DNA of 8,546 nt. Source: Amoeboradix gromovi X-113. Its lineage: Eukaryota; Fungi; Sanchytriomycota. The stretch is from positions 1 through 8,546 of the forward strand of contig JADGIF010000441.1 in assembly GCA_018985225.1 (NCBI GenBank), read 5' to 3'. Below are positions 4,919-8,546 of the stretch, piece by piece; positions within the stretch are counted from its first letter, which is position 1, and every line of letters begins with the position of its first letter. The notes under the pieces were generated by a model, which saw only the letters and a program-made list of their open reading frames with translations, was not told where the DNA came from and did not search any database. The translations under genes were made by a program, and so were the position numbers.

Positions 4919-7900
4919 ATGCCCAGAATAGTCAGTTTAGTAACTACAGAAATAATCGAGGCTAGGATCAGGGAAAAGCAACAATTGGTTTATGCTTCCT
5001 TGTCAGGTACTTCTAATAACTATGATCAGGACTCTCTTTATCAGAATATTTCAACTCCTTATCAAAATGGTGGAGTATATTGGGCTTCTAAGCACGAATT
5101 TGAACACGATTCTCAGCGAGGTGCTTTTCCTGATTATTTGGAAGTTAAGCTATATAATTCTGATAGAAAAGACACGGTAATAGGTAAAACTCTGGTTCCA
5201 CGAATCTTATTAACCCAGGAGCAAATTTGTGGCCGAACATGGTTTCCTTGTTCTATTACAGAGACTGCTAGTGGCTATGGGTCTATTAGATTTAGCGTTG
5301 TTTATACTCCGCCAGCTGCAGGTAATTCAAAGCATGTGATTGTAGTAAAGATTGTTGAATGCAAGAAGTTGAATTGCAGCATACCTTCCATGAAACCTAG
5401 TCCATACGTAGTTGTGTCTATGCTACCGGATCCTAAAGGACTTAATATGACCAGAACTACTGTAATTAGCACAAACGAAAATCCAAAATTTAATGAGACT
5501 CTGACTTTTAGAGATGATAAGTTTGATGCTGATAACGAAATAGCTATCTTTGTGTTCGGTCAGCTTGCTAATGAGCTTGATATTCATGGTCACGTGAGGA
5601 TTCCGTTGTCAATTATAAAGGCCAATGAAAAGTTTGAGAGGGAAATGCCGCTTTCTCCGATTATTAATCTCAGCACGGACAAAAGGGTCAGAAGCTCTTT
5701 AAATAGCATGGGCCCAGATTCTAAATTTGCTCACATGCAGGAAAAAAATATTTTAAAGAAATTCCATTCTAGTGATTTTAACAGTGGTAAGTCTCATAAG
5801 TGGCAAAATCAGTATGCACCATCTGCTGTTAGTTGCGTGTTCTGCCTCGGGATGATCCCGAAGAATTCTAATGTTAAAAGCTGTTCTGAATGCCGAGGTA
5901 CCTGTCATCGTGTTTGCAGTAAATACTGTGTAAACTCTTGCGGCTATCACACGATGGTGCAGCTGAATTTTTTAAAGGAAGATTTAAATGTGTATAAGTT
6001 TGAAAACTATATGAGATTCTTTAAAAATTTGGTTGCTGATAACTTTCTATTGGTTAATATAATAGAGAAAAACAGAGAAGAAGCGTCTAGAGCATTAATA
6101 AAAATATGTGATAGTTTAAATTGTGCTCACGAGTATTTGAATTGCTTGTTGAAGTATGAAATTAATCTATCTGAAAATCTAGGCACTCTTTTCCGTAACA
6201 ACTCAATGGCCAGCAAATCTGTCGAGGTATTTTTTAAGTATCACGGTATGGGCTATCTTAAAGAAGTTCTGAAAGATCCTATCACCGAATTTCTTAGGAA
6301 CGATTCTGATGGAGAATTAGACCCAACTCGACTCGATAATCCAGCCGAGCAAAGTCCAAAGAACTTGGCTAACTTAATGGCGCTTTGTGATAGCCTAATG
6401 AATTCAATCTTGTCTAAACAAGATTCATTTCCGAAACCACTTCAAGGCGTATTGCATGATGTAAGTGGCCATGTTATGAGTAGATTTTCAGACCCTACTG
6501 CTGTTTATAGTGCATTAGCTGGGTTTGTGTTCCTTAGATACATAGCACCTGCCATTTTAGGTCCCAACTTATTTGAACTTACAAAGGAGTTTATCAATGA
6601 GAAAAAAAAGAGAAGTTTGACTTTGGCAGCTAAAACTATTCAGAATCTTGCGAATCTTACGATATTTGGTAAAAAAGAACCATTTATGATCCCAATGAAC
6701 CAGTTCTTAGAACCTAGAATTGCCGTTATGACTAAATATTTGGATTCTGTCTCAATGCCCGTCACTTTAAGAGAGGCTGCATATGGGAAAAAGATGAAGA
6801 GAGTAGATGCCGAAGCTCAGTTAGCCATTGTTGCTGATATTGTTAGAGATGCAATCGACCGGGGTGTTAAAGATGAAAACTTAAACAAATCACCTGTTTT
6901 CATTGACTTAGTTGAGAGCGTTAAAGAACTTGAAATACCTAGATTAATCGATTATGATATTCCTAATATACAGCATCTCACTGTGGCCGATTCGCCTATG
7001 AAGTCAGCTGTAGATGCACCAGTTTCCGCCAAACAATTCTTGATTTCAAAATCTTTGTTGTTACAAGAAGAGTCCAACCCCTCACTCGGAACTCGCTCTA
7101 TTCTTGGCCACGATAGTGCAGTGCTACCAGCTGATGATTTCGAACGTACAATGTCGATTAAATCTCACAAAAATAGTTCTACTTCCCAATCTCAGAGGCC
7201 TTCTGTTGTTCGTAAACTACCACGTGCTTCTACAGTAATCGACCAAGAAGCATTACTATCACTTACAATGAAGAGGGGTCAAGAGAATGATAGGAAACAA
7301 AGTGTTAATTATGATTTGTTTATTCCAGTTGATGATTCTTTAGCATCAGCCAATATGTCGAGACAGTTAAGCAAGGACAACGAAAAGTCTAATGCTAACT
7401 CTAGGTCCAGTTTGCCAATCGTTGAGGTACAGGAAGTAGATAAACCAAAAGGTGTTACTAGATTATCGGATTCCAGATTGCCAAGTGACGCTCCAAAGAC
7501 TTCTAACCTCGCTGTTGAGCAGAGAAATTCATCCAGAATTTCTCAAGTCGTGTTTGACAACGTTTCTATTCGCTCAACAGCTGTAGAGGATGATAAAAGG
7601 AATTCTTATCTCAATAAGAATGATAAGTCTCTTAAATCTCTATTTAGCGTTATTGAAACAGCTGTATCTAACGCTAGTCAATTCGAATCCAATTATCAGG
7701 GCGTTGTGATCTGTAATGAATGTAAATCCACTATACAGGGAGAGTATTTAGTTATCGATGGTAGATCATTTCATGTTCACCATTTCGTTTGCACAGTATG
7801 CAGCAAAGACGGAAGAGACGGTGCAAAGCTATTTAATGACAAGCTGTACTGTATTGATCATTATCTGGAGTACTCGAAAGACAAGGTATGCTTTAGATGC

Positions 7901-8431
7901 GACCAAGTCTGGAATAAGGGCGAGTCTATTGTGAAGGCACTAGATTCACTTTGGCACTCCACTTGCTTTACTTGCGCCGTATGCGACTGCGCTTTAAACA
8001 CTGGATTTATACCTCATGAAGGATTGCCATATTGTTTAGAGCACTATAAGAGATTTGTAGGTTTAGTTTGTGACGGATGTGGACTGATACTCGATAATGA
8101 ATATCTAACTATAAACGACATGAAGTATCACAAGGCTTGTAGGACTTGTAAGGTATGCAGTAATAGTATAGCAAATAAAAAGTATGTCATCATGAATGAA
8201 TATATCTACTGCCATGAACACTTTGATGCGGCACTAAGCTGTACAAGATGTAAAGACAACATTAAAGAAGGAGAATACATAAGCATACCAATGAGAGACG
8301 GGCCGTTAGTTTTCCATAGTGACCATTTTACATGTGAGTTGTGCAGTGTGTACTTGACGCCAAAAACTTATTATTTAACTCAAAAATCAAATGTAAGATG
8401 CAGAAAGTGCATATTTGAAAAGTACGATTAA
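4919..8431 (+). CDS. GAP1-family-like Ras GTPase-activating protein with two C2 domains, an atypical C1 zinc finger and four C-terminal paxillin-like LIM domains
   Basis: C2A about 4931-5305; C2B about 5330-5665; C1 5795-5941 (H-x12-C-x2-C-x12-C-x2-C-x4-H-x2-C-x7-C). RasGAP about 6070-6750 with arginine finger LFR426NNSMASK, F538LRYIAPAI and KTIQNLAN. Ser-rich linker, then four complete LIM motifs at 7712-8410. Confidence 0.93.
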   Translation: MPRIVSLVTTEIIEARIREKQQLVYASLSGTSNNYDQDSLYQNISTPYQNGGVYWASKHEFEHDSQRGAFPDYLEVKLYNSDRKDTVIGKTLVPRILLTQEQICGRTWFPCSITETASGYGSIRFSVVYTPPAAGNSKHVIVVKIVECKKLNCSIPSMKPSPYVVVSMLPDPKGLNMTRTTVISTNENPKFNETLTFRDDKFDADNEIAIFVFGQLANELDIHGHVRIPLSIIKANEKFEREMPLSPIINLSTDKRVRSSLNSMGPDSKFAHMQEKNILKKFHSSDFNSGKSHKWQNQYAPSAVSCVFCLGMIPKNSNVKSCSECRGTCHRVCSKYCVNSCGYHTMVQLNFLKEDLNVYKFENYMRFFKNLVADNFLLVNIIEKNREEASRALIKICDSLNCAHEYLNCLLKYEINLSENLGTLFRNNSMASKSVEVFFKYHGMGYLKEVLKDPITEFLRNDSDGELDPTRLDNPAEQSPKNLANLMALCDSLMNSILSKQDSFPKPLQGVLHDVSGHVMSRFSDPTAVYSALAGFVFLRYIAPAILGPNLFELTKEFINEKKKRSLTLAAKTIQNLANLTIFGKKEPFMIPMNQFLEPRIAVMTKYLDSVSMPVTLREAAYGKKMKRVDAEAQLAIVADIVRDAIDRGVKDENLNKSPVFIDLVESVKELEIPRLIDYDIPNIQHLTVADSPMKSAVDAPVSAKQFLISKSLLLQEESNPSLGTRSILGHDSAVLPADDFERTMSIKSHKNSSTSQSQRPSVVRKLPRASTVIDQEALLSLTMKRGQENDRKQSVNYDLFIPVDDSLASANMSRQLSKDNEKSNANSRSSLPIVEVQEVDKPKGVTRLSDSRLPSDAPKTSNLAVEQRNSSRISQVVFDNVSIRSTAVEDDKRNSYLNKNDKSLKSLFSVIETAVSNASQFESNYQGVVICNECKSTIQGEYLVIDGRSFHVHHFVCTVCSKDGRDGAKLFNDKLYCIDHYLEYSKDKVCFRCDQVWNKGESIVKALDSLWHSTCFTCAVCDCALNTGFIPHEGLPYCLEHYKRFVGLVCDGCGLILDNEYLTINDMKYHKACRTCKVCSNSIANKKYVIMNEYIYCHEHFDAALSCTRCKDNIKEGEYISIPMRDGPLVFHSDHFTCELCSVYLTPKTYYLTQKSNVRCRKCIFEKYD

Positions 8432-8435
8432 TAAA
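8429..8435 (+). terminator. Putative polyadenylation signal AATAAA (8430-8435) overlapping the RasGAP-LIM stop codon
   Basis: GAT TAA TAA AACT, the same arrangement as at the SLC12 gene end. Confidence 0.6.
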
Positions 8436-8483
8436 ACTAATTTACATAATATTAATTTAAATATGGGACACCAAATATAAAAA

Positions 8484-8546
8484 CTAGACTAACTCGTTTT
8501 TAAAGGTGCTCCATACGGAAGAAATGCTATTATTAATAAAAGATCT
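8484..8546 (-). CDS. Possible 3' end of a convergent gene entering from the right edge (...RSFINNSISSVWSTFKNELV*)
   Basis: Open frame from the window edge to TAG at 8486-8484; a 52-bp gap would match the local gene spacing. Too short to verify, and a second minus frame is also open for a similar length. Confidence 0.2.
   Translation of the reverse strand, partial: RSFINNSISSVWSTFKNELV

Noticed and set aside
4992-5180. 62-aa alternative-frame ORF
   Set aside because: Nested in the C2A-coding region of the RasGAP gene; length is consistent with chance.
5753-5950. 65-aa antisense ORF, and a strong donor-like GGTAAGT at 5786-5792
   Set aside because: The ORF is antisense to the C1 domain. Splicing at that donor would remove the first zinc-ligand His of an intact C1 motif.
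7241-7252. GACCAAGAAGCA (DQEA) shared with the SLC12 start at 1533-1544
   Set aside because: An isolated 12-bp match with no flanking similarity; plausible by chance.

Overview
This is an AT-rich, very gene-dense eukaryotic nuclear locus, most consistent with an early-diverging fungus or a related unicellular opisthokont (inference). It uses the standard genetic code. Four genes cover almost the whole window, separated by spacers of only 63, 114 and 66 bp: (1) a Q/P/G/Y-rich prion-like protein with a 12-unit tandem repeat; (2) a divergent SLC12A9/Vhc1-type cation-chloride cotransporter; (3) mitochondrial complex I 24-kDa subunit NDUFV2 on the minus strand; (4) a 1170-aa GAP1-type RasGAP with the architecture C2-C2(C1 inserted)-RasGAP-linker-4xLIM. 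The ORF track mis-ends NDUFV2: its conserved C-terminus lies in another frame and is recovered by splicing out a probable 20-nt GT-AG intron. The most notable observations are the apparent RasGAP-paxillin fusion, the tiny intron, a perfect 21-bp palindrome centred in the 66-bp bidirectional promoter, poly(A) signals fused to stop codons, and an apparently rewired chloride site in the transporter. All alignments were done by eye from recalled family motifs; no database searches were run.
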